Counted from the first letter of the stretch, positions 1 through 9,947 are shown. The stretch is DNA of 60,584 nucleotides from an uncultured Candidatus Saccharibacteria bacterium (GCA_964402965.1 CAYODY010000005.1:1-60584); one strand, 5' to 3'. Translations and numbers: made by a program. Notes: generated by a model from the sequence alone, not told the origin.

Positions 1-55
1 GAGCACTCGGTTTGGGACCGAGAGGTTCCGGGTTCGAGTCCCGGGTTCCCGACCA
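1..55 (+). tRNA. tRNA-Pro(UGG), 3' part only (5' end is off-window)
   Basis: Anticodon arm ctcgg/tttggga/ccgag gives anticodon TGG with G37. T arm is ccggg-ttcgagt-cccgg. Acceptor 3' strand, discriminator A and an encoded CCA end at 55. Confidence 0.85.
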
Positions 56-104
56 GATATTTCAATAGACTAAAATTTAAGCATAGCGGGATCTACCCAA
101 CTGT

Positions 105-179
105 GCGGGTATCGTATAATGGTTATTATCTCAGTTTTCCAAACTGATGACGGGGGTTCGATTCCCCCTACCCGCTCCA
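105..179 (+). tRNA. tRNA-Gly(UCC), CCA encoded
   Basis: Hand-folded cloverleaf. Acceptor is gcgggta/tacccgc, anticodon arm tcagt-tttccaa-actga (anticodon TCC), T arm ggggg-ttcgatt-ccccc. The D stem is weak. Confidence 0.85.
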
Positions 180-181
180 AA

Positions 182-213
182 GAAAAAAGTCTGACTTTAG
201 TCGGGCTTTTTTC
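182..213 (+). terminator. Hairpin plus T-run after tRNA-Gly
   Basis: gaaaaaagt-ctgac-ttta-gtcgg-gcttttttc is a contiguous stem of about 14 bp followed by a T-rich run. Confidence 0.6.
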
Positions 214-215
214 TT

Positions 216-385
216 TTGGTTAGTGGACATAGAGGAATCGAAAAAGAACGTGCCCGAGCGAAGCGAGGGATGAAACATGCTGGGAGCATGTTTCAAGTGA
301 CGGGGGTCGCCGCAGCGTAACTCGACGACTCGCCATAGGCGGGAGGAGAGTAGCGAGAGGTGACCAATTCCCCCTAACCGCTCCA
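216..385 (+). pseudogene. tRNA-Gly-derived tRNA-like segment: a duplicated 3' half with a 57-nt insert in the T-loop
   Basis: 298-309 plus 367-385 (tgacgggggtcg / attccccctaaccgctcca) match tRNA-Gly 148-179 apart from one missing T and one C>A change. 310-366 is inserted between the g and a of the T-loop. 217-223 can pair with 374-380. The 5' part is not a recognisable cloverleaf. Confidence 0.4.
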
Positions 386-417
386 AAAAAACACCCATCG
401 GAAGATGGGTGTTTTTG
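386..417. terminator. Bidirectional intrinsic terminator
   Basis: An A-run, then stem acacccatc / gatgggtgt with a GGAA loop, then a T-run. It serves the + strand unit and the convergent HU gene. Confidence 0.7.
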
Positions 418-442
418 TATTTAATCGTGCATATAGTTTGAA

Positions 443-736
443 CTAAGAATTACGAAGCTTTACTGCATCTTTAAATGCTTCACCAGCTTTAAACTTTGGT
501 GTGTTTAATTCTGGGATTTGAATTTTTTGTTGTGGGTTTCTAGGATTAACGCCAATGCGAGGTGCGCGATGAGAAACACTAAACTGGCCAAAGCCACTAA
601 TGTTTACTTTATCGCCAGTACGCAAAGTCTCATACACTAAATTAATAAATGTATTTAACATGCGTTCCGCTTCTGTGTAGGTTACAGACATACGGGCGGC
701 CAACTGTTCAATTAAATCTGATTTATTTAAGTTCAT
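443..736 (-). CDS. hup: HU/IHF-family nucleoid DNA-binding protein
   Basis: 97 aa. LIEQLA...ISGFGQFSV..RAPRIGVNPRNPQQKIQIP..PKFKAG is the typical HU beta-arm. Confidence 0.9.
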   Translation of the reverse strand: MNLNKSDLIEQLAARMSVTYTEAERMLNTFINLVYETLRTGDKVNISGFGQFSVSHRAPRIGVNPRNPQQKIQIPELNTPKFKAGEAFKDAVKLRNS

Positions 737-881
737 AAGTGCCTTGATTATATCACATTCTGGTAGCTATTTCAAAAATATACCACCAATAGTATTAATT
801 ATTGCCGCGATGCCTATTTCTATGAATTTCCAAATTTTTCTTAGCATTCCCATGTATTCATTATAGCACTAATCCATGGTG

Positions 882-2831
882 CTATTCCGCTCTCCCAGTT
901 AAAACAAACTTATACAAAGCCACAGCTCCAGCTGTTACTGTAGCAATACCCATGGCAACTATTTTAGCTATAGAGTCTTTAGCAGTATTCGTAGATTTTT
1001 TGGCTTCTTGAGATTCTGCATCTGTTTTTTGATCAGTCTTAGTTGATGAATTCACTTTTGCCGCATTTGTTACAGGCTGAACAGAGGTCTTCTGCACTGG
1101 CTTAGACTTGGCTGTTGAAGTTTTAGTAGCAGTTTTAGATGGAGTTTTTGAAATTGTTTTAGCTACAGATTTCGCAGTTGTTAAAACTTGGGTTGTCTTC
1201 TCTGCTTTTTTGATAGATTCCTTCTTAATTGTTTCTGGAAGAAGTAATATGTTCGGTTCGCCATCTGTAACTTTTGTTGTCCATAGAAACCCATCTTCAA
1301 AGCTTGAAAAGCTTGCTCCTTTTACTGAAGCAGAATATGTAACTTTACTTAATACTTTTGTTCCATCTGTTAATAGCACTGTCTGGCCAGAATTTCGTAA
1401 CTGCGCAGGCAAATTGGGTTTGAGTAAAACTAAATATTCATCTGGTTCAAGTAGTTGGTTTGGTAGCAGCTTCTTTCTATCGCCTACCCAAACATAGATA
1501 TTCGCAAGATTTGCATCTTCTTCTCCGGAGTTATAAATTTCTAAAAACTCCTGTTGGTTTAAATCAGGTTGAGGCAAAATTTCTGAAATTATCAGTCCGC
1601 TGTTATCGTAAGTTGGTAGTGGTTCTTGGTCTGGCTGTGGATCGGATTCTTCTTCTATATTTGGAGGTACATTTTCTTCGCCTAGAGAAGGCTCAGTCCA
1701 ATTCCACTCTTGATCAAAATAGCTGTAAGTTTTCCCTTCTGATGCATCTGATTCATAAACAACAGTTGAAAGAGGTTCACCTGCTTCCGTAAACAATGTA
1801 ACTACATCACCACCTGAATTATTCATAGCAAATTTTCCAGCAGGAATTGTTAAAACCTCGTATGTTTGAGCAGGAATTTCTAAGCTTGGTAAAATATATG
1901 CATCATTTGTCTGGGAATCTATTTGAGAGATATCATCTAAAATATATTTTTCTATATTCACTGGTTCTGTGCCTGCATTAAATACTTCCAACTGCTCTGC
2001 GCCTGAATCCGTTCCAACAGGGTTCGGTAGAATTTCGGTAATGACCAAGTTCGGTTTAATAGTTACCGGAACAGGTGTTGGCAATGGCGGGTCTACTTGT
2101 GGCGTTGGTTCTGGGTCTGGCGTTGGTTCTGGGTCTGGGTCTGGTGTTGGATCTACATCTGGGTCTGGTTCAGAAACAGGTGGTAGAAACTCAACTTGAG
2201 AATTCCTTGGCGCGCTGGTAGAAATTTGAAACTGTTTAATAGTGCCGAGCAAATCTAAACGAACCATGGATTCATTTGCTACAGGATTTTGAGTAACTAC
2301 AGTTTCAAAACCGTTAGCACTATTCCCCCACGCAATGCTATCTATTATTTCTCCTGTATCACTTTCGCCTTGTCCTTGCCGTCGTAGAGCAACTCCGTTA
2401 TTATCTGCTAACGTAACGGATGTTGTTGTATCTGGGACTGTAGAGATTGCATTAAAACCGCTATTTGCCCATAAGTAAAAATGGTGCGCTGGAACTATGG
2501 TTACGCTTGTCCAAGATTTAACTAAAGTATCTGTACTTGCAGTTGCAGTACGCTTTACCAATCTGTGGCCATTGAGGTCAAAAGGTAGATCTGTTGGATT
2601 GTAGAACTCCACAAAATCCTCCTGAGTGTGACCGGTTCCACCAGTAATTTGCACTGCGGAAATTTCCAGTGTGGCTTGTGAAGATATTAAGGACATTTGC
2701 GAAGGTGTTTCCAGCAAATTCTGAATAGACGAAGATTGAGCATGAACAGCCACTGGACTAAACATTACAAGCAAAGCTTGTGCTACGAACAAGTACGCAA
2801 ATTTAGCGTACCAAGTATATGTATTTTGCAT
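882..2831 (-). CDS. Secreted lamin-tail-domain (LTD) repeat protein with a C-terminal TM anchor
   Basis: Start moved to MQNTYTW..., which gives the signal peptide ...SPVAVHAQS. Several EFVE(F/I)YN LTD-like segments are present. There is a PDPxPxP linker, a K/T/S-rich stalk and a terminal hydrophobic helix. Confidence 0.6.
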   Translation of the reverse strand: MQNTYTWYAKFAYLFVAQALLVMFSPVAVHAQSSSIQNLLETPSQMSLISSQATLEISAVQITGGTGHTQEDFVEFYNPTDLPFDLNGHRLVKRTATASTDTLVKSWTSVTIVPAHHFYLWANSGFNAISTVPDTTTSVTLADNNGVALRRQGQGESDTGEIIDSIAWGNSANGFETVVTQNPVANESMVRLDLLGTIKQFQISTSAPRNSQVEFLPPVSEPDPDVDPTPDPDPEPTPDPEPTPQVDPPLPTPVPVTIKPNLVITEILPNPVGTDSGAEQLEVFNAGTEPVNIEKYILDDISQIDSQTNDAYILPSLEIPAQTYEVLTIPAGKFAMNNSGGDVVTLFTEAGEPLSTVVYESDASEGKTYSYFDQEWNWTEPSLGEENVPPNIEEESDPQPDQEPLPTYDNSGLIISEILPQPDLNQQEFLEIYNSGEEDANLANIYVWVGDRKKLLPNQLLEPDEYLVLLKPNLPAQLRNSGQTVLLTDGTKVLSKVTYSASVKGASFSSFEDGFLWTTKVTDGEPNILLLPETIKKESIKKAEKTTQVLTTAKSVAKTISKTPSKTATKTSTAKSKPVQKTSVQPVTNAAKVNSSTKTDQKTDAESQEAKKSTNTAKDSIAKIVAMGIATVTAGAVALYKFVLTGRAE

Positions 2832-3045
2832 AACATTGGATATTAATAATATCCTTATTATGCAGAAGTACAGTTCAAGACTACATAAATAAAAACCCAA
2901 ATAAAAATAAAAATTTTATCTGGGCGAATTATTTTGCACGAACTTCACGTACTAATAAACAAAACGGGCTAATAGACAAGCAAATTTTTTGCTATTCTTA
3001 CAACTTGTAATTTACAACTTAGGGTAACTACCGCTGACAACAATT

Positions 3046-4245
3046 CTATATATTAAGTTGGTTAACCATTCGAGTTTGTAACACACCACCAATTTCGGTA
3101 TCCCAATCTGGCCTAATAGACTGCACTGCTTCGCCAGGCCAATATCCCCACGAATCTAGAACGCTCATGCTTGGGAAAGCATAGCGCTTGGCATCTTTCA
3201 TTACATACAAAGTTCCTAAATCTAAAATTAGCGTTCCATCTGGATGTACAATTTGGTCCGAACTAATTGGCTCAAGCGTTGTCATGAAAGAAGTATCTCC
3301 TGGATACACGCTTTTGTAAGAATAGTTTAACCCTTTAAAGACTGCTTCAGACGTAAAACCAGCTCGCTGACCGTTGGTGATTAAATATACTGTGCCTTTA
3401 TCGTTAATTAAAGAGCCATTTCTTGGTGGAATGAATGCAGTCGTTAAAGTTGTTGAACCGGTTGGAGTATATGTAATTACAGGCAATGCCATATCTGCGG
3501 AGTTTGCTTTCACAACTCCTGACCAAGTATTAAATTTGTAAGAAGTGAACGCTCCAGCGGAAGTGTATGGACTACGAGACGCCGTAGAACCACTCCCTAC
3601 TATGCGGTAAATTGTTCCGTCTGGTCCCGCAATGTTTGTCCCCTCTCCGTGAGCTTGAGCGTTGTCTACAGGAGGAAGTATTGGCGGTGTGTCTCCTGCA
3701 TTTTTACAAGTTACCTGTGTAGATGGATTAGCGGTATTTTCTGGACTTGAAACATAGACTATAGCGCCCAAGACATACAAATGGAAAAGATAATCTTTAA
3801 GCCCAGCCGCAGAAGGATCTGTTTGAACTACATTGACCAATTCTGCCATGCTGCTTGAAGAGATTGAGCAAATTTGAGGAGATGGACCATTTTTAAAACC
3901 TTGGAAATAGATTTTACAGCTCGATCCTTCCAAACCATCAATACGAGCAATAACTGTTTCTTTTGAGGTTGTGGAATATACTTCGCTAGATGCTTTTGCA
4001 CAAGACATCAAAGCTTCCGACATACATTTAGCAGAAGAAATATCTGAAGATGTTGGTTTGTTTGATGGACTAATTGGAATATTTTCTTGAGTAAGCTTCC
4101 CACAATCTAAGTATCCAGCTGGAGCTGCAGCACTAACTTCCCTAACAAAAGGGGTAATGGTAGCAATAGGGGTAATTGAAATAGCAAATGGTAAAGACAG
4201 TGCAATTATTGAAAACAGTAAAAATATGTGTGCGATCTTTTTCAT
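3046..4245 (-). CDS. Secreted protein, function unknown
   Basis: 399-aa ORF with an N-terminal signal or TM segment (MKKIAHIFLLFSIIALSLPFA). No motif recognised. Confidence 0.55.
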   Translation of the reverse strand: MKKIAHIFLLFSIIALSLPFAISITPIATITPFVREVSAAAPAGYLDCGKLTQENIPISPSNKPTSSDISSAKCMSEALMSCAKASSEVYSTTSKETVIARIDGLEGSSCKIYFQGFKNGPSPQICSISSSSMAELVNVVQTDPSAAGLKDYLFHLYVLGAIVYVSSPENTANPSTQVTCKNAGDTPPILPPVDNAQAHGEGTNIAGPDGTIYRIVGSGSTASRSPYTSAGAFTSYKFNTWSGVVKANSADMALPVITYTPTGSTTLTTAFIPPRNGSLINDKGTVYLITNGQRAGFTSEAVFKGLNYSYKSVYPGDTSFMTTLEPISSDQIVHPDGTLILDLGTLYVMKDAKRYAFPSMSVLDSWGYWPGEAVQSIRPDWDTEIGGVLQTRMVNQLNI

Positions 4246-4275
4246 TTTGTATTTTTTAACGAGAAGTTGATTTAA

Positions 4276-4674
4276 TTATAACCCAATTTTATTGGCAATG
4301 AAATATGTTGCTGCTGAAACCAAACCTCCAAGCAATGCTCCCCATACCATATCTACAATAGTAACTATAAGTGGCCAATCTTTAACTGTTGCCAAGTTTG
4401 TAAGATCGTATGTTGCGTAAGAAATTAGACCAAATAGTACCCCAAAAAGCAACGCATGAGCTAATGAATTTTTTTCCATTGCTGGAGATATTACAAACAC
4501 AATCAGACCTACTATGAATAATAAATAAAATAAAATTGCTGCCACCCAGTTCACATCTGGCTTCAATAGAAAACCAATTTGGTTTTTGTAAAAACCATTA
4601 GAAACAATGCCAAGCCAGATCATATCTATAACAAAAAATATTGGTAGAGCAATTGCATAAAGTTTTATGAACAT
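4276..4674 (-). CDS. Small 4-TM membrane protein (DUF2177-like)
   Basis: 132 aa with four hydrophobic helices and a YATYDLTN motif. The family call is from memory. Confidence 0.5.
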   Translation of the reverse strand: MFIKLYAIALPIFFVIDMIWLGIVSNGFYKNQIGFLLKPDVNWVAAILFYLLFIVGLIVFVISPAMEKNSLAHALLFGVLFGLISYATYDLTNLATVKDWPLIVTIVDMVWGALLGGLVSAATYFIANKIGL

Positions 4675-4704
4675 ATGTTTGTACTTTTATTTATTAAGCG
4701 TTAA

Positions 4705-5334
4705 TTACTTTGATATTACGGGCATTTTGCCAATGTAATTTTTGTCATTCACTAAACTAACCATCGCCTCTGCTACTTTCTTCCGACTTGTGAGTAGTTC
4801 TGCGGGCCCACCATTGGTTAATTCGTATTTACTTATGGCTTTTTGGCTATTTCCCAATTTTAGGACGCGGACAATAGTCCAATCTAAACCTGAGTTTTGC
4901 AAAACTTTAGCATGCCCTATTCCATCGGCAACTCTATTTGGGTCTACTATTTGAACAAAGAAGTTTAAAATTATATCTATCATGGATGGCTTGTCTCCAT
5001 CAATTCTTACACCAGTTCCAGTAAGCGTAATTATTCTTTGAACATGATTTTCTCGCATTGCTCTAACTATGTTAACAGTGCCGTTTGTTTGCATTTTTGG
5101 ATCAGAGCCTTTTATGTGCCCTATGGTGCTAATAACTGCATCAACATTCATACAAGCTTGTAAAACTTGCTCATAATTTTGAACATCGCCTTTTACTATT
5201 TCTATATCATCTTCCGCCAATGTAGCAGGACTTTTAGAATACACAAACGCTTTTATTTCAAAACCATGACTTTTTGCAGATTTTAAAACCTCAACTCCTG
5301 TTCTACCGTCAGCACCAAAAATACATATCTTCAT
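4705..5334 (-). CDS. NAD(P)H-binding Rossmann protein (NmrA/atypical SDR-like)
   Basis: N-terminal MKICIFGADGRTG matches the GxxGxxG dinucleotide fold. 209 aa. Confidence 0.65.
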   Translation of the reverse strand: MKICIFGADGRTGVEVLKSAKSHGFEIKAFVYSKSPATLAEDDIEIVKGDVQNYEQVLQACMNVDAVISTIGHIKGSDPKMQTNGTVNIVRAMRENHVQRIITLTGTGVRIDGDKPSMIDIILNFFVQIVDPNRVADGIGHAKVLQNSGLDWTIVRVLKLGNSQKAISKYELTNGGPAELLTSRKKVAEAMVSLVNDKNYIGKMPVISK

Positions 5335-5337
5335 AGA

Positions 5338-5736
5338 CTACATGTTCAAATATGTAATCGTAAGTTGTAACACAGTAGCAAACGATACCCAAAGCACATA
5401 AGGAATATTTGCATACGCCACCCATTTAACGTGTGGATATACAGCTATTAACGCCCAAACTAAAGTAATTAGAACAAGGATAATATCTATGGAAGCAAGA
5501 AGGTTATTTTTAAGAGTAAATTGAAAATAAGTAAAAGAAAAATTAAAAATTAAATTCAATATAAATGGAAGCACAACTGCCTTTGGTAGTTCTTTTTTGT
5601 ATGCTTTGTAAAAAACTGTCCCATACGTAATAGCAATTACTGTGTATAGGAAAGTCCAAACTGGACCAAATAGAAAACTAGGTGGCGCCCAAGTTGGTTT
5701 AATTAATGTGCTGTACCAGTTGTATGCATTATTCAT
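5338..5736 (-). CDS. tspO: TspO/MBR tryptophan-rich sensory protein
   Basis: WYSTLIKPTWAPPSFLFGPVWTFLY, five TM helices and an aromatic-rich composition. Confidence 0.75.
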   Translation of the reverse strand: MNNAYNWYSTLIKPTWAPPSFLFGPVWTFLYTVIAITYGTVFYKAYKKELPKAVVLPFILNLIFNFSFTYFQFTLKNNLLASIDIILVLITLVWALIAVYPHVKWVAYANIPYVLWVSFATVLQLTITYLNM

Positions 5737-5801
5737 AATTTTGTTGAATTAATATATGTCTTAAGTATACACCAAGTTAACTGAATAAAAATAAAAACCG
5801 C

Positions 5802-6236
5802 TTATTCGGCGGTTTCTTTTTCTTCAGGTTTTAAATTTTTGTACAAAGTACCAAGCACACCATTCACAAACTTTCCACTCGATTCCCCACCGAAACGCTT
5901 CCCCATCTCCACAGCTTCGTTAATAGCAACTTTTGGCGGATTCTTTTTTGCAAACATCAATTCAAAAATTCCTAAACGCAAAACGTTGCGGTCAATAACT
6001 GTAATTTGTGATATTGGCCATTCAGGAGCAGTTTCTACAATGATTCTGTCTATATCTTCAAAATTATTAACAACACCTTCAATAAGCTCGTGGGCAAATT
6101 CGGTATCATCTGCACCGGGGGCAAATTCATCTAGAGCATGATTAACAATCTCCGTTAAGTTTCCGGTACGGTTGTTAAAATCCCATTCAAATAGTGCTTG
6201 GAGCGCAACTGTGCGCAAAAGATGTCTGTTTGCCAT
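5802..6236 (-). CDS. nusB: Transcription antitermination factor NusB
   Basis: RTVALQALFEWDF...IDRNVLRLGIFEL...PPKVAINEAVE..K.FGG..S.KFVNGVLG. Confidence 0.85.
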   Translation of the reverse strand: MANRHLLRTVALQALFEWDFNNRTGNLTEIVNHALDEFAPGADDTEFAHELIEGVVNNFEDIDRIIVETAPEWPISQITVIDRNVLRLGIFELMFAKKNPPKVAINEAVEMGKRFGGESSGKFVNGVLGTLYKNLKPEEKETAE

Positions 6237-6308
6237 ATATTTTATGTAACTATATTGTAAAGCTGACTATAGAAAAACGCAACAAAACCCTACAAAAAAA
6301 CGCAAAGT

Positions 6309-6476
6309 TTAAACTACTTTGCGTCCTTTGTAATTACCACAGTTTGGACATGGCTTATGTGGCTGTGTAGCGCTTCCACAGTTTTTACATGTAGCAAAAC
6401 TACCAGCTGTTAGAGCATGATGGCTACGACGTTGGTCACGGCCACTGCGGGTTTTGTGTTTCTTTGGAACTCCCAT
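6309..6476 (-). CDS. rpmF: 50S ribosomal protein L32 (below the ORF-track size cut-off)
   Basis: Hand translation gives MGVPKKHKTRSGRDQRRSHHALTAGSFATCKNCGSATQPHKPCPNCGNYKGRKVV*, 55 aa. It has the L32 N-terminus and a CxxC...CxxC zinc ribbon. Confidence 0.9.
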   Translation of the reverse strand: MGVPKKHKTRSGRDQRRSHHALTAGSFATCKNCGSATQPHKPCPNCGNYKGRKVV

Positions 6477-6656
6477 GAAATAAAAATATATTAATCAATG
6501 GGATAATTATAACTAAAAAGTCCTTTGCCGTCAAGACGGTCAATTTCCCGTTTATATGAACATGTATATGGTAAATAACCCGGCAAATATGGGCGTAAAA
6601 ATAAAGATAAATCAAAAAATAAGACCGGTCGCGCTTGAGCAAGACCGGCCTGAATT

Positions 6657-7292
6657 TTAGGAAAGAATAAAGAATTTCTCCCTTATTCCGTCCAAAAGAT
6701 GCAAATCCTCACCAAAAACGAATTTTTTGGTACGGACGATGTTTGTGCAGTTATGAGGAATAGTTGTGTTGACTTGGTAGTCTGCACCATACTTCTCCTG
6801 AACAATCTGCAAAGCGGTTGTTACCGTTTTGGTGGTTGCGTTCGCTTTGGTTAGCGTTACCGACTGCGGTGTAACATCAAGTTGCTCCAGATCTAAACTA
6901 AGTAGTGCTAAAGCAAAATAATGATCCTCGTAATCGTTGCTATCCTTTGTGAACTCGCCATTTTTGTACTCTAGGGATTCAGCCACCATTGGGTACGGCG
7001 ACATTTCGTGTGAGATAATCACTTGACCATCATGACACGAAACATTTACTAAGACGGGAGTCTTTGAGCTAATAACCAGCTCTTCGGAGTTAACAGACTG
7101 AGCCATGATCGACATCTTTTGAGATGACATTTTTGGCAAACCATACTTTGTCAGAACGGTTCGCTTGTCTACCATAGAAGTTTTCCGGACAGTCTTTTTT
7201 CCCGAATTTCCCGAAGATTTCTTTTTTGCTTGCGCCACAACGATGGAGGCAGACAAAAAGAAAAGAACAAACATCAAAATAAGTTTTTTCAT
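6657..7292 (-). CDS. Secreted protein, function unknown
   Basis: Start moved to MKKLILMFVLFFLSASIVVAQA (signal peptide). AGGAGG lies 6 nt upstream at 7299-7304. Confidence 0.6.
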   Translation of the reverse strand: MKKLILMFVLFFLSASIVVAQAKKKSSGNSGKKTVRKTSMVDKRTVLTKYGLPKMSSQKMSIMAQSVNSEELVISSKTPVLVNVSCHDGQVIISHEMSPYPMVAESLEYKNGEFTKDSNDYEDHYFALALLSLDLEQLDVTPQSVTLTKANATTKTVTTALQIVQEKYGADYQVNTTIPHNCTNIVRTKKFVFGEDLHLLDGIREKFFILS

Positions 7293-7365
7293 TGTATTCC
7301 TCCTGACGAATTGATCAAGCAATTTGCTTACCGCTATTATACCTCTATATTATGAAAAAATATAG

Positions 7366-7390
7366 CGACTAGAAACGACTACTAGCGACT
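7366..7390. repeat. Three CGACT cores at an exact 10-bp period
   Basis: CGACT occurs at 7366, 7376 and 7386 within tatagCGACTagaaaCGACTactagCGACTac. Confidence 0.8.
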
Positions 7391-7658
7391 ACTGATGGAT
7401 TAAAAAACCACATACTCAGCAAATAAATTTGCCAGATATGTGGGTTTTTAAGTGCCCCCAATCCGAGTAACCGAAATCAGGAGCCCGAGTCTCGTCTGGC
7501 CAATGCCAGAAATTTCAATAAACAGAACTACGAGTAATAAGGCATTCTACCGCATAAACGACTTTTTGTCAACCTCCCCTAAATACCCAACTTTACGCAT
7601 TTTTATGTTATTGCTACTATTCCAAATAGAGATTTTCAAATAGATATTTTGAAGAATT

Positions 7659-8117
7659 TTGGAAAAGATACGGAGGATATTGCAAATGATTGAATTAGTG
7701 TTTGTTGAATCATGGCTAGAGAAAGGAGATGCCTTAGCGAGCGCATTGTACGAACTTCTCCAAAAAGAAATTTCGTACACTCCCATAAAAGTTGAAGGAA
7801 AGTTGAGTCCTAACATCTTTTCTGCTGAAGAACACTTGCTGAAAATGAAGCCATCGTGGGTTATATTTTACAACCCGGAAGATTCGATGGTGATTTCAAC
7901 ACTTTCACGCCTGTACTCCCGTTCGCAAAAAGAAGTGAACAAGATTTTTTTGTACGTAAATTCCGTAGACAAAAATCTGGAGGCAGAAGATAAATACGGA
8001 ACTGTATACACTGTTAAACTACAGGAGAATTTAGCACAGACTGCAAAGCTTGTTGCTGAAAAGATTCTGAATCACCCAAATGCCACAGACCAAATCTGTA
8101 GCACTCCAGCAGACTAA
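7659..8117 (+). CDS. Hypothetical protein
   Basis: 152-aa ORF followed by a terminator. No motif recognised. Confidence 0.45.
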   Translation: MEKIRRILQMIELVFVESWLEKGDALASALYELLQKEISYTPIKVEGKLSPNIFSAEEHLLKMKPSWVIFYNPEDSMVISTLSRLYSRSQKEVNKIFLYVNSVDKNLEAEDKYGTVYTVKLQENLAQTAKLVAEKILNHPNATDQICSTPAD

Positions 8118-8146
8118 CAGACGGAACCAAAACAATCATCACAAAC

Positions 8147-8187
8147 CAAAAGTGCGCCCCGACCAAGTCGATGCGCACTTTTTATTT
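8147..8187 (+). terminator. Intrinsic terminator
   Basis: Stem agtgcgc/gcgcact with a nested cgac/gtcg pair, then TTTTT. Confidence 0.65.
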
Positions 8188-8267
8188 TCTATTTAAGGCA
8201 ACCTGCAATTTATTTCAGATTCGATCAAAGCAGTTATAAAATGAAACTGGTTCAGGTTAAAGCGAGT

Positions 8268-9947
8268 TTAGAATCCCATTCCTCCCATACCAGGCATTCC
8301 CCCGCCCATTCCTGCGCCTGCATCTTGTTTAGACTCTGGTTTGTCGACAATAATAGTTTCTGTGGTTACTAATGTAGAAGCTATAGACACAGCGTTTTCC
8401 AAAGCAAGACGTGTAACTTTTACTGGATCAACAATTCCTGCTGTGATCATGTTTTCTTTTTTACCCTCTTCCCACTTCATTTCGTTGTAGTCCGCAAAGT
8501 TGTAACCTGCATGACCACCAGCTGTTTGAACGAAGCTCACAATACCAGAACTTTCAGCTCCTGCATTTTCGGCAATCTGACGTAGCGGTGCTTCTAGAGC
8601 TTTGCGCACTATCATCGCGCCGCGCTTCTCGTTTTCTGCAAAGTAACTGCCTTGAGAAATTTCACGTTCTAGGGTTGGCGCAATTTTTGCAAGCGCGGCG
8701 CCTCCACCAGCAACGATCCCTTCTTCTACAGCAGCACGAGTTGCATTTAACGCGTCTTCAATTTTAAACTTCTTCGCTTTCATTTCAGTTTCGGTGAAAG
8801 CACCGACTTTAATTACACCAATTCCGCCACTTAAACGAGCCATGCGTTCTTGCAATTTTTCTTTATCAAAGTCAGAGCTGGTTTCTTTTGCTTCTGCTTT
8901 AATTTGAGCAACACGTTCATCTAGTTTAGTCTTGTCGCCAGCGCCATCTACAATTGTTGTGTGCTCTTTCGTTGCAATAACCTTACGAGCTTTACCAAGT
9001 TGTTCCATTTCGGTTTTGTCTAGAGCTAGCCCAAGGTCAGAAGTAATAACAGTTCCGCCAGTTAGCACTGCAATATCTTGCAGCATTTCTTTGCGACGAT
9101 CACCAAAACCTGGAGCTTTCACAGCTAATACTGAGAAAGTACCGCGAAGTTTATTTAACACAAAAGTTGTTAGTGCCTCGCCTTCAACATCATCTGCAAT
9201 AATTACTAATTCTTTCTTACCTGTTTGAGCAATTTTTTCTAACAATGGCAAAATTTCTTGCACACTTGAAATTTTCTTGTCTGTAATTAATATAAATGGA
9301 TCTTCCCACACTGCTTCCATTCGTTCGCTATTCGTAACCATGTAGGATGAAACGAAACCGCGATCAAAGCGCATTCCTTTTACAACTTCTTTTTCAATGC
9401 CAATGCTCTGACCTTCTTCTACGGTAATTACACCATCATTACCTACTTCTTCCATTGCTTCTGCAATGAGTTTACCAACTTCACTATCTAAAGAAGAAAT
9501 TGTAGCAACTTGTTCAATTCCTTCACGACTTGAAACAACTTGTTTTACTTTATTCAATTCTTCCACAACAAAACGCACAGCCTTGTCCATGCCGCGTTTT
9601 AAATCGTTGGCTTTGTAAGTGTTTCGTTCTAGTTCAATAAACGCTTCTTCTATCATTTTCTGCGCTAAGACTGTAGCAGTTGTAGTTCCATCACCTGCGT
9701 CGTCATTTGTTTTATTTGCAACTTCTTTAATTAGCGATACTCCAATATTTTGGAATTTATCTTCTAATTCAATTTCTTTTGCAACTGTTACTCCATCATC
9801 GGAGATTGTTGGACTACCATAACCACGATCTAAAATAACTGCTTTACCAGTTGGTCCTAATGTTACCTTAATTGCGTTAGCTGCAATGTCTACGCCTTCT
9901 TTAATTGCTTGTTTGGCATCTGAGCCGGTTTTAATCAGTTTACTCAT
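8268..9947 (-). CDS. groL: Chaperonin GroEL
   Basis: 559 aa. [25 protein letters not shown] and a C-terminal GGM repeat. Confidence 0.97.
   Translation of the reverse strand: MSKLIKTGSDAKQAIKEGVDIAANAIKVTLGPTGKAVILDRGYGSPTISDDGVTVAKEIELEDKFQNIGVSLIKEVANKTNDDAGDGTTTATVLAQKMIEEAFIELERNTYKANDLKRGMDKAVRFVVEELNKVKQVVSSREGIEQVATISSLDSEVGKLIAEAMEEVGNDGVITVEEGQSIGIEKEVVKGMRFDRGFVSSYMVTNSERMEAVWEDPFILITDKKISSVQEILPLLEKIAQTGKKELVIIADDVEGEALTTFVLNKLRGTFSVLAVKAPGFGDRRKEMLQDIAVLTGGTVITSDLGLALDKTEMEQLGKARKVIATKEHTTIVDGAGDKTKLDERVAQIKAEAKETSSDFDKEKLQERMARLSGGIGVIKVGAFTETEMKAKKFKIEDALNATRAAVEEGIVAGGGAALAKIAPTLEREISQGSYFAENEKRGAMIVRKALEAPLRQIAENAGAESSGIVSFVQTAGGHAGYNFADYNEMKWEEGKKENMITAGIVDPVKVTRLALENAVSIASTLVTTETIIVDKPESKQDAGAGMGGGMPGMGGMGF

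Noticed and set aside
168-398. 76-aa minus-strand ORF from the ORF track
   Set aside because: It overlaps the 3' end of tRNA-Gly, two terminator hairpins and the tRNA-like duplication. No start signals are present, so it is a by-product of structured non-coding DNA.
1108-2199. Three plus-strand ORFs (1108-1497, 1460-1792, 1969-2199) antisense to the LTD gene
   Set aside because: They lie wholly inside a long minus-strand gene with recognisable domain repeats. Their sequence is low-complexity (for example a GSG repeat mirroring the PDP linker). The same reasoning applies to antisense or alternate-frame ORFs inside groEL, comEC, ftsZ, ftsA, topA, the recombinase, the P-loop gene and others in the track.
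6436-6642. 68-aa minus-strand ORF
   Set aside because: It overlaps the true L32 start region in another frame and has low-complexity, AT-driven composition. The 55-aa rpmF reading (6309-6476) explains the locus.
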